Source of the DNA: Macrostomum lignano | Taxonomy: Eukaryota | DNA length: 64,000 nt | NCBI GenBank assembly: GCA_002269645.1 | Contig: NIVC01000104.1 | Location: 372,001-436,000 of the forward strand | Reading direction: 5' to 3' | Part shown: in pieces, positions 1-11,810 of the stretch | How the letters are laid out: each line of letters begins with the position of its first letter | How positions within the stretch are numbered: the first letter of the stretch is position 1 | Program-made: the position numbers and the translations under genes | Notes under the pieces: generated by a model | What the model saw: only the letters and a program-made list of their open reading frames with translations | Databases searched by the model: none | Told to the model about the DNA's origin: nothing

Positions 1-119
1 TTGATACTATACTTAGTCTAGTCTTAAGATGATACCATACCATGACAATGGCAATATAATAATAATAGGCCTATAGATAATAAGTGATTGTGGTTTCTGA
101 TCATGCCAAAATTGTGTTG

Positions 120-830
120 TCTTATCTCTACCTATAAAAATCAAAACTCTGTCTGTCTATGGACAAATTACTTCGCTATGGACTCCCAAACTGCTCAACC
201 AAATGACACCAAACTTTATACCCACCCTAAACTTACGACAGAGAATGTCTTAGGCTACCTTTAAATTTTTTAGACTCAAGTCTTCCTACCTAAAAGTACA
301 AAAAACTGCTTAAAACACGCGATTTTTTCACTTAATACTCCATAGTGCTGCTCCACTTCTACCAATTCTCTTCAAATTTTACACACATGATCTTCAACTA
401 TTTTGGCACAATTGTGTAAAATTTCAAGTCTCAAAGTGAATCCTGAATGGTGCTGTGCACTTTTAAAGTTAGGCTGCTTTTTTCAGTGAAGCAACCACCC
501 CAACCTCCGCCCGCCTGCCTCTCTTTCCCAATCTTGATCTGGGCCTAGATGGGTAAAATGGGTTTCAAAATTGACTAACTTTCAGCTGCCATAAGTTTGC
601 TCCACGTGAAGCAATTGACTTCAAACTTGACACAATTCTTCATTGACTCATTCTCTATCTAAATGTAAAGTTTCAACTCTGTAACTCAACCGAAAAAGAA
701 ACTGTAAGCATGTGAAGTCTGTCTGCTTTTTCTGTTGTTTGTGCCACTTACTCATTCTCCCAGCCCAGTTGAAGGCTCAGGCCATAGGGCTCAATGTAAA
801 TAGCAAATGTACAGTGTTTTTGGAATAACT
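120..830. mobile_element. Possible non-autonomous Helitron/DNA-transposon remnant
   Basis: Starts TC-TTATCTCTACCTATAAAAATCAAAACTCTGTCTGTCT...ACTCCCAAACTGCTCAACC...AAACTTT, which resembles the 5' end of invertebrate non-autonomous Helitrons. No 3' hairpin or CTAG end was found, so the right boundary is approximate. Confidence 0.3.
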
Positions 831-1329
831 TTTTAATAGCCTCTGTATCCCCACAAGTGGCAGAGGCGTGGAGAGGAGATAGTTTAGACTTTAGCGAGAT
901 TCAAACCATTGTCCTCTGAATAGACAAGTTTGCAGCAGTTAAACAAGGATGGCAAATCAAGGCGATGTGGGATCTTTTGTAAAAATAGCAAAAAATTAAT
1001 GAATAACTGATTACAATACAATCCTACTAAGTTAGCTACACCATGAAAATTTTAACATTAAGATTTGTGCATACTTTAAAATTTAAATGGCCTCCTAGGA
1101 AATGCGTAATTTCTTGGTTGTTAGACTACTGCAGACTGTGGTGGTGGAGCTGGAGATATAGAAATTCCTCTCAGGGCTGCTAATTGACCAGAAAGATGAC
1201 GTGATTAAAGCACGAAAAATGATAACAACCATGATAGTACTGTCCCACAAACTGGCTTTCCAAGCAGGGATTGGCAGATTTTTCTCAAAGGCCATGCAGA
1301 TAAAGAATCCAACTCATGGCTGCTGGTAA

Positions 1330-2760
1330 GATGAGAGCAAAAAGGAGAAGGAAAAGACTATTAGAAAGAGAGGAGGGCGAGAGGGGATAAGAAAAAAGAT
1401 AGACGATAATAAGAGAGACGAGGGGTGAGGAGAGAGCAGAGAATATGGGAGGAAGAAATGAGAGGAAAGGAGAGAGGAGGGAGAGGAAAGAGTAAAGGTG
1501 AGAAGAGGGAGAAAGAAGAGGGGAGAGATGAGAGAGCAGAGAGAAGATGAGAGAGGATCGAGAGGAGAGATTAAAGAGGGTAGAGAAGAGAGGAGTGAGA
1601 AGAGAGTTGAGAAAGAAGAGAGATAAGGGAAGTAAGTGTAAAGGGAAGAGGAGGAGAGATGAAAGAGATGAGATTGTTGAGATATGAGAGATGAAAGGAA
1701 AGATGATTGAGAGAGTAGAGATAAGAGATGAAGGAAGAGAGAGCAGAGTGCAGAGAAACGAGAGAAGAGAATAAGGGGAAAAGAGTATAGAAGAGGGAAG
1801 AGAAGAGAGGAGTCAGAAGAGGGGAAAGAAAAGAGTACACAGTAGAGAGGAGAGTAGAGATAACAGAAGAGATAGGGAAATGAGAGAGCAAAGATGAGAG
1901 TGAACAGATGATATAAGAGAGGAGAGAGAAGAGTGAGAGAGAAGAGAGAAGACAAGAGAGAGAGAGAGTATAGAAGAGAGAAGAGAAGAGACAAGAAGAA
2001 AGAAGAAAGGATCAAGTCCTCTTGAGTCAAAAAAGGGGAAAGAGAGGAGTATAGGGGAGAGAGGTAAGAGAACATATGAGAGTAAAGATGACAGATGAGA
2101 GAGGGGAGATGAGAAAGCAGAAATGAGAGTGAACAGACGAGGGATGGGAGAGTAGAGAGAAAAGAGGAGAGATAAGAAACAAGAGATGAGAGGTGAAGAT
2201 AAGGGAGAGATAAGAAGTGAAAGAAGAGAGAGGAGAGGAAGGGAGAGAATCAAATGGACAGGGGAAATTGGTGAAAAGGATGAGAGAGGAGACTAAAGAG
2301 GGGAGAGATTAGAGAGAAGAGAGATAGGACAGGAGAGAGCAAAGAGATGAGAGGGGAGAGAGAGGGGGGGGAGAGAGCAGAGAGAAATGAGAAAAGATAA
2401 GAGAAAGAGAGAAGATAAAAGAAGAGAAATAAGAGATAAGAGAGCAAAGACGAGAGAGAAAAGAGGTGAGGGAAGAGACAATAGAAGACATGAGAGAGAG
2501 TGGACAGAAGAAAGGAGATAGTTGAGAGAAGAGGAAAAGGGGAGAGTAGAGATAAGGAAAGTGTTGAGAGAGGGTAAGGTAAGTGAGAAGAGAGGTGAAG
2601 GAAGAGAGAGCAGAGAGCAGAGGGAAGAGAGAGTAGAGAGCAGAGAGAAATGATAAGAGATAAAAAAGGATAAAAGAGATATGATAGACCAGAGACCAGA
2701 GAAAAGAGGAGAGAAGAGAGAAAAGAATAGAAGGGAGATGGAAGAGACAAGAGATTTTAT
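1330..2760 (+). repeat. Purine-rich (AG) low-complexity tract, about 1.4 kb
   Basis: Almost only A/G on the + strand. It produces the spurious L/S-rich minus-strand ORFs. Confidence 0.95.
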
Positions 2761-2947
2761 GTTTAACTCTATCCTAACTATTAACAAGTTTTGTTTGAGT
2801 TTGACCTTAGATTTTAGAATATATACAAAAAATTACAAAAATAATTCTGGGGAATGGAGTTCCCTGGGTTCAAAATCCACAGGTTTCAATAGCTTGTTTA
2901 ATATAGTAAAGTAAAGTAAAGTAAAGTAATACTAAAGTATTAATTGT

Positions 2948-3917
2948 GGCATTCTTTTGTTTTATGATCCCCATTCCTAGGCACTTTTGTTATATGATTC
3001 CCATGTAAAAGATGCAATTAAAGAATAGAAACCAGACAAAATGTTATCTATGAGTCAAAGGCATTGCATTAAGGCAGTTTTAATTGATGTCTATTTGAAG
3101 AGGAGTTCAACCAAAACAAGGCAATAAAACAAAGCCACAACAAGATTCTTGGAAAGAGAAAGATATCTCTATATTCACTTTCATTATACGATCATTTAAA
3201 TGGAAGAAATGTATGCAAAGGGATCGGATAACAAAACTTGGGCTTTTCATCAATTTTGTAATACGATCACCCAAGTCAAAAATTTGTTTGCAGGGGATTG
3301 TATATCAAAAATGAAACCAAGGTAACGCACTTATAGATTAAGTAAAGATAGTTCATATATTATCTAATAATATCTAATATCTGTTTAATTCCACACCTGA
3401 TCCCCGCTTACTTTCATTTTACAATCCTCTTACAATAGGCCTACAAACAACATTGTTTCACACTATTGGGATTGTATAATGAAAGTGAGGGAGGTTTAAA
3501 AAAAGAGAATGGAGGGATGCCAAAAAATCATGACTTACTTTTGTGGAATCTCCATCAGGTAGCCTAGACAAAAGGTTAGACAAGGTATACAATCCCTTGC
3601 AAACAAATTTTAAACTTGCGGTATCGTAATACGAAATTGATAAAAAGCCTAAGTTTTGTTATATGATCCCTTTCAGGCTTTCTATACATTTCCTCCATTT
3701 GAATGATCATATAACAAAAGTGAATATAGATAATGTCTCTACTCTTGCCAAGAATTGTGGCTTACGATTAATTAGGGTAATCATGTTTCAAATATACTCT
3801 ACTGATATGCAAACAAGACTTCTATCTTTTACATAAGGGATCATATAATGAAAGTTGAAAGTGCCATGTTCTAGACTATAGGACAAATTTAAGGGGATTG
3901 TAAAATGAAAGAATGCC
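2948..3917. mobile_element. Foldback/long-TIR non-autonomous DNA element
   Basis: Termini GGCATTC...GAATGCC. 3134-3305 aligns with the reverse complement of 3585-3760, and 2948-3010 with that of 3825-3917. Internal subrepeats of type CTTT(C/T)(A/G)TT(A/T)TA(C/T)GATCCC. Flanks TTAATTGT (2940-2947) and TTAATTGC (3918-3925) match at 7 of 8 positions, consistent with a TSD. Confidence 0.75.
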
Positions 3918-5989
3918 TTAATTGCTTCATAACTGTGGCTGTGCTAACTACTATGCCAAAAGGGTAGTTAAAGTTAATTATAAATGTAGGCCCCCCCCCT
4001 ACCAATTGGTAGAGTTTGGCACTGGCATAGGCCTAGTTTAGTTAGCAAAGTTGCAGATTTTGTTAAAGACAATTATTTCCTACTGAGTAGACTAGGCCTA
4101 GGCCACCTAGCTAGTTGAACCCATAATAGACCTAAGGCTAGTAAGGCATAGGCCTAAGCTGCATAGGCCATAGGCTAGGCCCTAGGCCAAATAATATAAA
4201 AAGTAGGGGCAATCTTAAAGGTTAATATTAACAAAGCTGCTACTTTCTCAGCTAGGAAAGGGCTGGGTACACTGGAGAGCTCGAAAATAATCATCTCAGA
4301 GCAAGATAGTTCAGAAATCATTGAAAAAATAATTTAACGAACGAAACTTGAAGATTGCCAAACTAGCCTAGGCTATTAAATAATAAAACTAGGCCTACTA
4401 TACTATACCAGCTAGTGTTCTAGTAATAGATGTGAACTAGCACCTACCCTCCTGGGCTCTAAATATAGGCTGTCTTCTGTCTGTAGACATGGACATGATA
4501 CATTGTAGTAGTAGTAGGCCTAGCTAGGCCTACCTGTAATTGTGTTCAATGACAATTGTCAATGACATATGACAATAGTAGGTCTGAGTCTGAATGATGA
4601 ATTGATAAAATTAAGGAATCTTATTTTTAGGCCTTAGGTGTTAAATAGGCCTAGGCCATGCTATGTTTTAGTTAGTCAGACTTAACATATCTTAAGAAGA
4701 CTATAAAGCACGTGGGAGTCAAATTGTGAAACTGTTGTGGTTAACGTCTTCAAAGACGCGTTGTATTTTTTCTTGTTTTGAGTTAGTCTGTCCAGCTTTA
4801 AAACCTGGCTTTGTTTAGAAAACTGAGTAGAATTGGTTAAACACTAAATAAAATACAAAAAAATTGCAAAACATGTTTTTAACTTTTAAAGCCAGTAATG
4901 CGGTCGATAGTTTTTTGTTTTACTGTTTTACACAACTTATTTTTCATATCAACAGTAATTTTTAAGTTCAAAACCCTTTCCTTACTTTTCTGGCTTACCA
5001 GCATTCAAAAAATCTAATCAAACTATTCATTCGACAATTTATTCTTTCGCATGTCACCCAGAGTTTTATTTATGGGCTCCTAAGCGATAAACTTTTAACT
5101 GATGCCCTTAATTCCTGGCCTTAATTGCTTCGATACTTTAGTTTGACGATTATTGGAGCATACATGTAGTGTAGCTCATTCGAAGTCGATCATTTTTTTA
5201 TTCGTAGGGCAGGGCCTATGGTTATTACTTAATACTAATACTTAGTTTGATTTTATAGAGCCATAAAATCAGAATATGTTTTTTTTGTTTTTAGTATATG
5301 ATATTTAGCATAGGCGGATGTGATGGGAAATTTAAGTTCCTTTTCATTAATGCTGAAAAGGCTAATGCTTAATCCTGACTTACTGATTTAGACTATTTAT
5401 TTTGATTCAGCATTTCCCAAATATTTGAAGACCTGAATAATGGAAAACAGTAGGAATGTCCGATGAACTATTGCTTTTTTTTTGTTAGTTCACCTCCTTG
5501 ATCCAAAAATAGAGCGCTTTACTAAGCTAGGCTATAAGAATAAGTCAATCAATTGAAAAGTGAAACTGAATTCACTCTCCATTTTGCTATATGGCGACTT
5601 TTCAGTATTACTGAGCATATGGGTCATTTAGCTTCTTTGCCTTAATCCAAAAATTGTAGCTATTGCGCTGCTTATAATTATATCCAACATGCATCCAACA
5701 TGGAAGCGTTCAGGTTCAGCAAAAGTAAAAAATACGAAACTTTTTTGACGAAACTTACACACGATACTTTTTTGGTTTATAAATTCCAAAATGATTTTCT
5801 TTGCAACTATCATTTTTATTGAATGCTGACTAGCAGCAGAATAGTTGTCATTTTAGCTCTAATTAAAATCATTTGCGCTAAAAATTAAACATTTTCTTCT
5901 ACTACAATAGAGCTATAGTTGTGTAAAAAATAAGCTAAATAAAAGCTACGGAATGCTTTGGCTAGAAATGTGGTTTGGGGTCCTCTTGA

Positions 5990-6080
5990 TGATTGGGCGG
6001 ATTATTAAACTATAGAGCCGTAGAGCCAACCAATCAGCGAGGCAGGAAGGGTAATGAACTAGCCAATCAGAGAGGAAATG
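5990..6080 (+). promoter_or_regulatory. CCAAT/GC-box/ETS-like promoter cluster upstream of the zinc-finger gene
   Basis: ATTGG overlapping GGGCGG (5992-6000), CCAATCAG (about 6030), AGCCAATCAG (6061-6070), and GGAAGG/GGAAAT motifs, all within 90 bp. Confidence 0.45.
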
Positions 6081-6477
6081 GACAACACAGTAAATTAGGG
6101 TTGGCTGGGGGGTTCAAGTCGAGGCGATGAGGCTAGGTGTGATTGCTAGCGTGAGCTCATTTGGAATGTGCTTATAATATGCATGTCTTCATCTTACGCT
6201 CCAAAGGGTGCAGATGAGATAAGATAAGACGATGGTAATTGACCGCGGCACTTCAAGTTCAATTACAGGCGCGGTTTTTTATTGCTTATTCTTGTCTGAC
6301 ACAAGCCATAAACTTGTATATGTACTTTTTGTAAAATTCTCGAAGGTAATAACGACGAACAGTGAACAAATGACATTACGAATTTCTGCTAGGCTCCGCA
6401 CAATGGCCCAACTGCAGTCGTGTCCTGTGTCATCATCAATCAATAGTTGGCCTGCAGTTTCATGCGCCGCTTTGTTT

Positions 6478-7647
6478 ATGACCGACAGCGAGGATAGCAG
6501 CGATGAAGAGGAAGAGAACAGTGCCAGCTTAGAAGAAGATGGTCGGCCTGAGCAGGTTGACTTGCGCAATTTTATTATCTACTCGCCTGAGATTGAGCAG
6601 CAACAGCAGCAACAGCAACCGAAACAAAAAGCAGCATTATTAAAACAGATGCCAGCGCCTACAGCCGCCCCAAAACTCACTGGTGGCCTTATAAAACCGA
6701 CTGGCCACAGGCCGCCAGGCCGGCCTCCTAGTAAAACTCCAGGCAAGCGAAAGCATCGTGCGGAGCATCTGCGGGAGCATCGGTAAGGACCTACAGGAAC
6801 CATAAACCTGGTGGTAATTTTATCAGTCAAAATATTGGAATGGATTTTAAGTGGATAAAAAAGCTGACAAATTATGGCCATCTCGATTAAGTGCCCAAAA
6901 GCTTATATCAAATTACTTGAAACAAACTTTATTTATTAAAAAAAGGGGTGGCGAACCGGAAGTGCGGGTGCGGCAGGCGGAGGTGGAGTGGGGCAGGGGG
7001 AGGTTGGGTTGGGGCAGGCGGAGGTGATGTAGGGCAGGCGGAGGTGGGGTAGGGCAGACGGAGGTTGGGTAGGGCAGGCGGAGGTGGGGTAGGGCAGACG
7101 GAGGTTGGGTAGGGCAAACGGAGGTTGGGTAGGGCAGGCGGAGGTGGAGTAGGGCAGGCGGAGGTTGGGTAGGGCAGGCGGAGGTTGGGTAGGGCAGGCG
7201 GAGGTGGGGTAGGGCAGGCGGAGGTGGGTAGGGCAGGATAAAGGCAGGCGTCTGGGGTGGCGGTTTTCAATGTTGCTGTGTATAGTACGCATGTGCGCCA
7301 AAAACGGTCGGTCGATATCCGGTCACAGTGCATACGTTGCCCTCTAAGTTAGAATACCCTATGACAATTTACATCACTTCAGTTGCGAATACTGCGGCCG
7401 CACTTTCTCAAGACGTTGGGCACTGAAGGTGCACGCACTTGGCCACACGGGGGACAAGCCGCACAAGTGCAGCGTCTGCGGTCGAGGCTTCTCTCGCCAA
7501 TCCAACTTAGCGACTCATATGCGAGTCCACGCCGGCTCTAAACCGTTCAAATGCAACCTGTGCGGCAAGAAGTTCTCCCAGTCTGGCAGCATGACTAGGC
7601 ACCTCAATCGGACTCACATTCAGTGGCAGCGCAGCACCTCCTATTAG
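6478..7647 (+). CDS. C2H2 zinc-finger transcription factor with 3 fingers; join(6478..6782,7383..7647), about 189 aa
   Basis: Donor CG|gtaagg at 6783 and acceptor cttcag|T at 7382 join in frame: EHR-CEYCGRTFSRRWALKVHALGH-TGDKPH-KCSVCGRGFSRQSNLATHMRVH-AGSKPF-KCNLCGKKFSQSGSMTRHLNRTH. Canonical C2H2 spacing and TGEKP-like linkers. The N-terminus is acidic, polyQ and Pro-rich. The start codon is uncertain (in-frame upstream ATGs at 6232, 6370 and 6403). Confidence 0.85.
6965..7235 (+). repeat. G-rich 20-bp minisatellite (GGGTAGGGCAGGCGGAGGTT/G) in the ZF intron
   Basis: About 12-13 visible units with recurrent G-runs, so G-quadruplex formation is possible. Confidence 0.9.
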
Positions 7648-9363
7648 GGGGGGGGGGGGGGGGGCAGGGGTATGGGTGGTCAACCCCCTACCCCAGCGAA
7701 TTTTTATAGAGTTAGAGCAGCGCCAGCGCATTACGCTAAAATCTCACAAAAACGCATTAGGTGCTCGTACTAAAAACTGCCGACGCTCAATTGCTGGATG
7801 CTTAGACGAGTGAGAAAAACGATTAATGATTAAAGTACAGTGTGTACCTAAATAAAATCCTGCTGAGCTACACTAGTTAGCAACAGCTATTAATTTCATA
7901 CTTGAAAAAGAAGTTAGGCAATGTCGGTGATTATTAATGCACAAACGAACCGGAACTGCCAAATTGCCACCTGTCGTGACATGAGGGACGTATAGCCACG
8001 ATATAAATTCTATTCTATTTGACTGGGCGCCATCCTGAAGTTCAAGAACTCGTCAACTGACATAGCTGAACTTCGCGATTTAAATTAAGGGCAGGTTTAT
8101 CTTTTGCCGAGTTTCGTTTAGTTAATAACTGACTATAAAATATTATTGATTGCAAAAAATTTAAAATTAGCCACCCGTCATAACCCATCGGCCATCAATA
8201 ACATCAAACGTCGCTCCTTCCCGGTTGCGTGTGTGTCCGTGCGTCGGATCGATAAAGTCCCTCACTCCCATGACCACCCGCCCCTCCCCTGACTGCGTAC
8301 ATTTCTCCAGCTAATTGATTTGCAGTCGGTTCTCTTTTCCCCTCGTTCCTTCTCGCTCGCTGATTGGCTAGGTAGCGAGCCTTCCCTCCCTACTCGCGAT
8401 AGTAGGGTAGTACGTAAAGTTAACCAATTGGAGTAAGTTGTAAATGAAAGCTTAGTCATGTCCACGATCTTGTAGATTTCATTACCTTTAATTAATTCGA
8501 ATTCTTTCGATTTATTGCATCTAAAAATCCTCATTAACGGCAACAAAGACTTTTCTTACCATTATATGCATATGAAAATCGCACACCAACTGATCTCATA
8601 CACGCCTCACTCAATGCGTGCATGAGTATTGAAATTTCATATTGTAATTTCATACTGTTTGCTTCTTTCTTACCTTACCGAACATTCATAATTGATTTTC
8701 GCGTGTCAAAATTTATGCCTAATTTTTGCATTAATAATTTCTGTTTTCTTTGATTTTCTTACAGAGGCCACTGTCTTTTGGATGTCTTCAATAAAATGTA
8801 TTCGTATATTAAGAAAGAACCTTTTGTGAACAATTTTTCAGCCCTGCGTAAGATTTAAAATATTTTAGAGTTATTTTTAAACTATACATGTGACATGTAG
8901 TTTTCTGTTTGTCTCTAGTTATAGCAATATTATACGGTCATTTTCTTACCAAAAGTGTCGTATGTATTCAATAGTATGTATAGTTAAAGCATGCGCTAGA
9001 AGCCTTTAAAAATTAAATTATTCGTACTTTTCACTTGGTTACGTAATTTTATATCAGTACTGTATGTACTTTACATACAGATTATATGCAGGATATTCTG
9101 TATGGACATGTCTGTAACGTGCCACCTAAGTCTGTCAGAGCATTTTAAATCTACGATAAAATATCATTAATTTTCCTTGTTGATTTATGAGATAAATGTA
9201 ACACGTCTGTTATTTACATCTAACTGATTTTTAGGGTGCGTTCGAGTAGCTTTAAATGTCCGTAAATGACTTAAAATAACTTTAAATCATTTTTAACTGA
9301 CATTGAAACGTACGAGCCTACTCAGTAACTAAGAATATTGACTCATGATTGACTGGCTGACTG

Positions 9364-10613
9364 ACTAACTGGGATTGAAGCAACTGGGATTAAAGCAACT
9401 GGGATTAAAGCAACTGGGATTAAAGCAACTGGGATTAAAGCAACTGGGATTAAAGCAACTCGGATTAAAGCAACTGGGATTAAAGCAACTGGGATTAAAG
9501 CAACTGGGATTAAAGCAACTGGGATTAAAGCAACTGGGATTAAAGCAACTGGGATTAAAGCAACTGGGATTAAAGCAACTGGGATTAAAGCAACTGGGAT
9601 TAAAGCAACTGGGATTAAAGCAACTGGGATTAAAGCAACTGGGATTAAAGCAACTGGGATTAAAGCAACTGGGATTAAAGCAACTGGGATTAAAGCAACT
9701 GGGATTAAAGCAACTGGGATTAAAGCAACTGGGATTAAAGCAACTGGGATTAAAGCAACTGGGATTAAAGCAACTGGGATTAAAGCAACTGGGATTAAAG
9801 CAACTGGGATTAAAGCAACTGGGATTAAAGCAACTGGGATTAAAGCAACTGGGATTAAAGCAACTGGGATTAAAGCAACTGGGATTAAAGCAACTGGGAT
9901 TAAAGCAACTGGGATTAAAGCAACTGGGATTAAAGCAACTGGGATTAAAGCAACTGGGATTAAAGCAACTGGGATTAAAGCAACTGGGATTAAAGCAACT
10001 GGGATTAAAGCAACTGGGATTAAAGCAACTGGGATTAAAGCAACTGGGATTAAAGCAACTGGGATTAAAGCAACTGGGATTAAAGCAACTGGGATTAAAG
10101 CAACTGGGATTAAATCAACTGGGATTAAAGCAACTGGGATTAAAGCAACTGGGATTAAATCAACTGGGATTAAAGCAACTGGGATTAAAGCAACTGGGAT
10201 TAAAGCAACTGGGATTAAAGCAACTGGGATTAAATCAACTGGGATTAAAGCAACTGAGATTAAAGCAACTCGGATTAAATCAACTGGGATTAAAGCAACT
10301 GGGATTAAAGCAACTGGGATTAAAGCAACTGGGATTAAAGCAACTGGGATTAACGCAACTGGGATTAAAGCAACTGGGATTAAATCAACTGGGATTAAAG
10401 CAACTGGGACTAAAGCAAATGGGATTAAAGCAACTGGGATAAAGCAACTGGGATTAAATCAACTGGGATAAAGCAACTGGGATTAAATCAACTGGGATAA
10501 AGCAACTGGGATTAAATCAACTGGGATTAAAGCAACTGGGATTAAATCAACTGGGATTAAAGCAACTGGGATTAAAGCAACTGGGATTAAATCAACTGGG
10601 ATTAAAGCAACTG
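9364..10613 (+). repeat. 15-bp tandem array (AAGCAACTGGGATTA)n, about 83 units
   Basis: Directly visible. It accounts for the (KQLGL)n ORF. Confidence 0.98.
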
Positions 10614-10629
10614 GAATTTATTCATACCC

Positions 10630-11810
10630 TTCTTAGTTTCGAGTCTAGTCCAGTTTTCACCAGCAGTTCAGCGCACCAGATCGAAGAAACTGCGGATTTC
10701 AGCCTCGGTCATTGTGTCGCTTATGATGGCCACCGCCTACACCGTGCCGTTCAGCATTTTCTAGTTGCCATGTTGAAATCCCAGTCTCAGGCAGGTGCAG
10801 TTGGGAATGCTGGATGCAGATAATGAGCCTATTTGAGTCACCTGCGCTGGCGGCACGAAGCCTCCGTAGGAGAAAAAATTTCGGCTGGAGAGAGACGCCG
10901 ACGTCAGGCCGACTTCCACGAACGAATTCGGGTCAAACGAGTTCGTTTCCTGTGCGGTTTTGTAGGAAGAATAGCTCGAAGCGATCCTGACGGCAAACAG
11001 CCCTTTTAAAGTTGGCAAGCCGTCCCAGAAGGCGGCTCCATAGTTCCTAGTGGTGCAGTCGTAGCTCTCTTGGTGCTTGGTGCTTTGGTGCTTCCTTGAT
11101 CTACCGCTTAAACCTGACCAGCCACGTGAATTCCTGTTGATAGTTTGAGAGCTCCGCGTTCTCCAGCCGCATCTTGGACGACACTCCGTCGAATTTGGCT
11201 CCCTCGCTGCTCCACTCCACACTCTCCGACATCCACTGTTGCGTCTGGCCGCACACCAAGTTGCTCCTGCTGGCGTCCGCATCGTCGCTCATCACCTAGG
11301 CCGCCCTCAGCTTCGAGCCCACACTCAGCATGAGCTTCCTGCTCAAGGTGAGGAACTTGGCGGCTCTGGCATTGGCGAATGCGGCACAGCGGCGGGGCTG
11401 CGAGATCCCTGCGAGCACTGGCGAGTGTCCGAGTGGAACTGGGCCACCTGCAGGCCGCTCGAGCCAGCCTCGTATAGGCACTCGATGGTTCCTCTCAGAT
11501 TCTGAGCAGCCCGCACTGTCAGATTCTCAGGCAGGCACTGCGGGCTGCTCAGGCGGTGCCAGAAGCCCGGCAGGCTAGTGGACCAGCTGGGCCAGGCAGG
11601 CCGCTGCGAGCAGAACGGAGGCTGAAGTAGCAATGAAGCTGGTTGCCATGCTGGCTGCAGTGCGATATTGCGGATGCGATGTTTCGGGAGTGGGGCAGAC
11701 GGAAGAAATCCTGCATGCATTAAAATTTATCCTGCTCCCGTTGTTAAGCTTCATCGCCCCTAGCAACCAGTTGTCCAAGCCGTCAGGATCAGAATACAGC
11801 CCTTCATCCC
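10630..11810 (-). pseudogene. Unidentified GC-rich coding-like segment broken across frames
   Basis: Several protein-like minus-strand ORF pieces (for example RNYGAAFWDGLPTLKGLFAVRIASSYSS, SLPGFWHRLSSPQCLPENL, EGLYSDPDGLDNWLLG) are separated by stops and frame changes. No family was recognised. Confidence 0.3.

Noticed and set aside
1099-1325. Possible + strand exon ending in CTG|gtaag (STKNDNNH...DWQIFLKGHADKESNSWLL)
   Set aside because: There are stops in all frames upstream, and no partner exons or family could be identified.
1314-2914. Many L/S-rich minus-strand ORFs that look like membrane proteins
   Set aside because: Translation artefacts of the AG-rich tract. The same applies to 29452-29970, 44010-44790 and 51010-51336.
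8700-8740. Sm-site-like AATTTTTG (possible snRNA or SL RNA)
   Set aside because: No flanking stem-loops or spliced-leader sequence recognised, and the motif is common in AT-rich DNA.
9375-10442. 355-aa (KQLGL)n ORF, or a CRISPR-like array
   Set aside because: It is a pure 15-bp tandem repeat with no unique spacers and no cas genes, and the start is a TTG inside the repeat.
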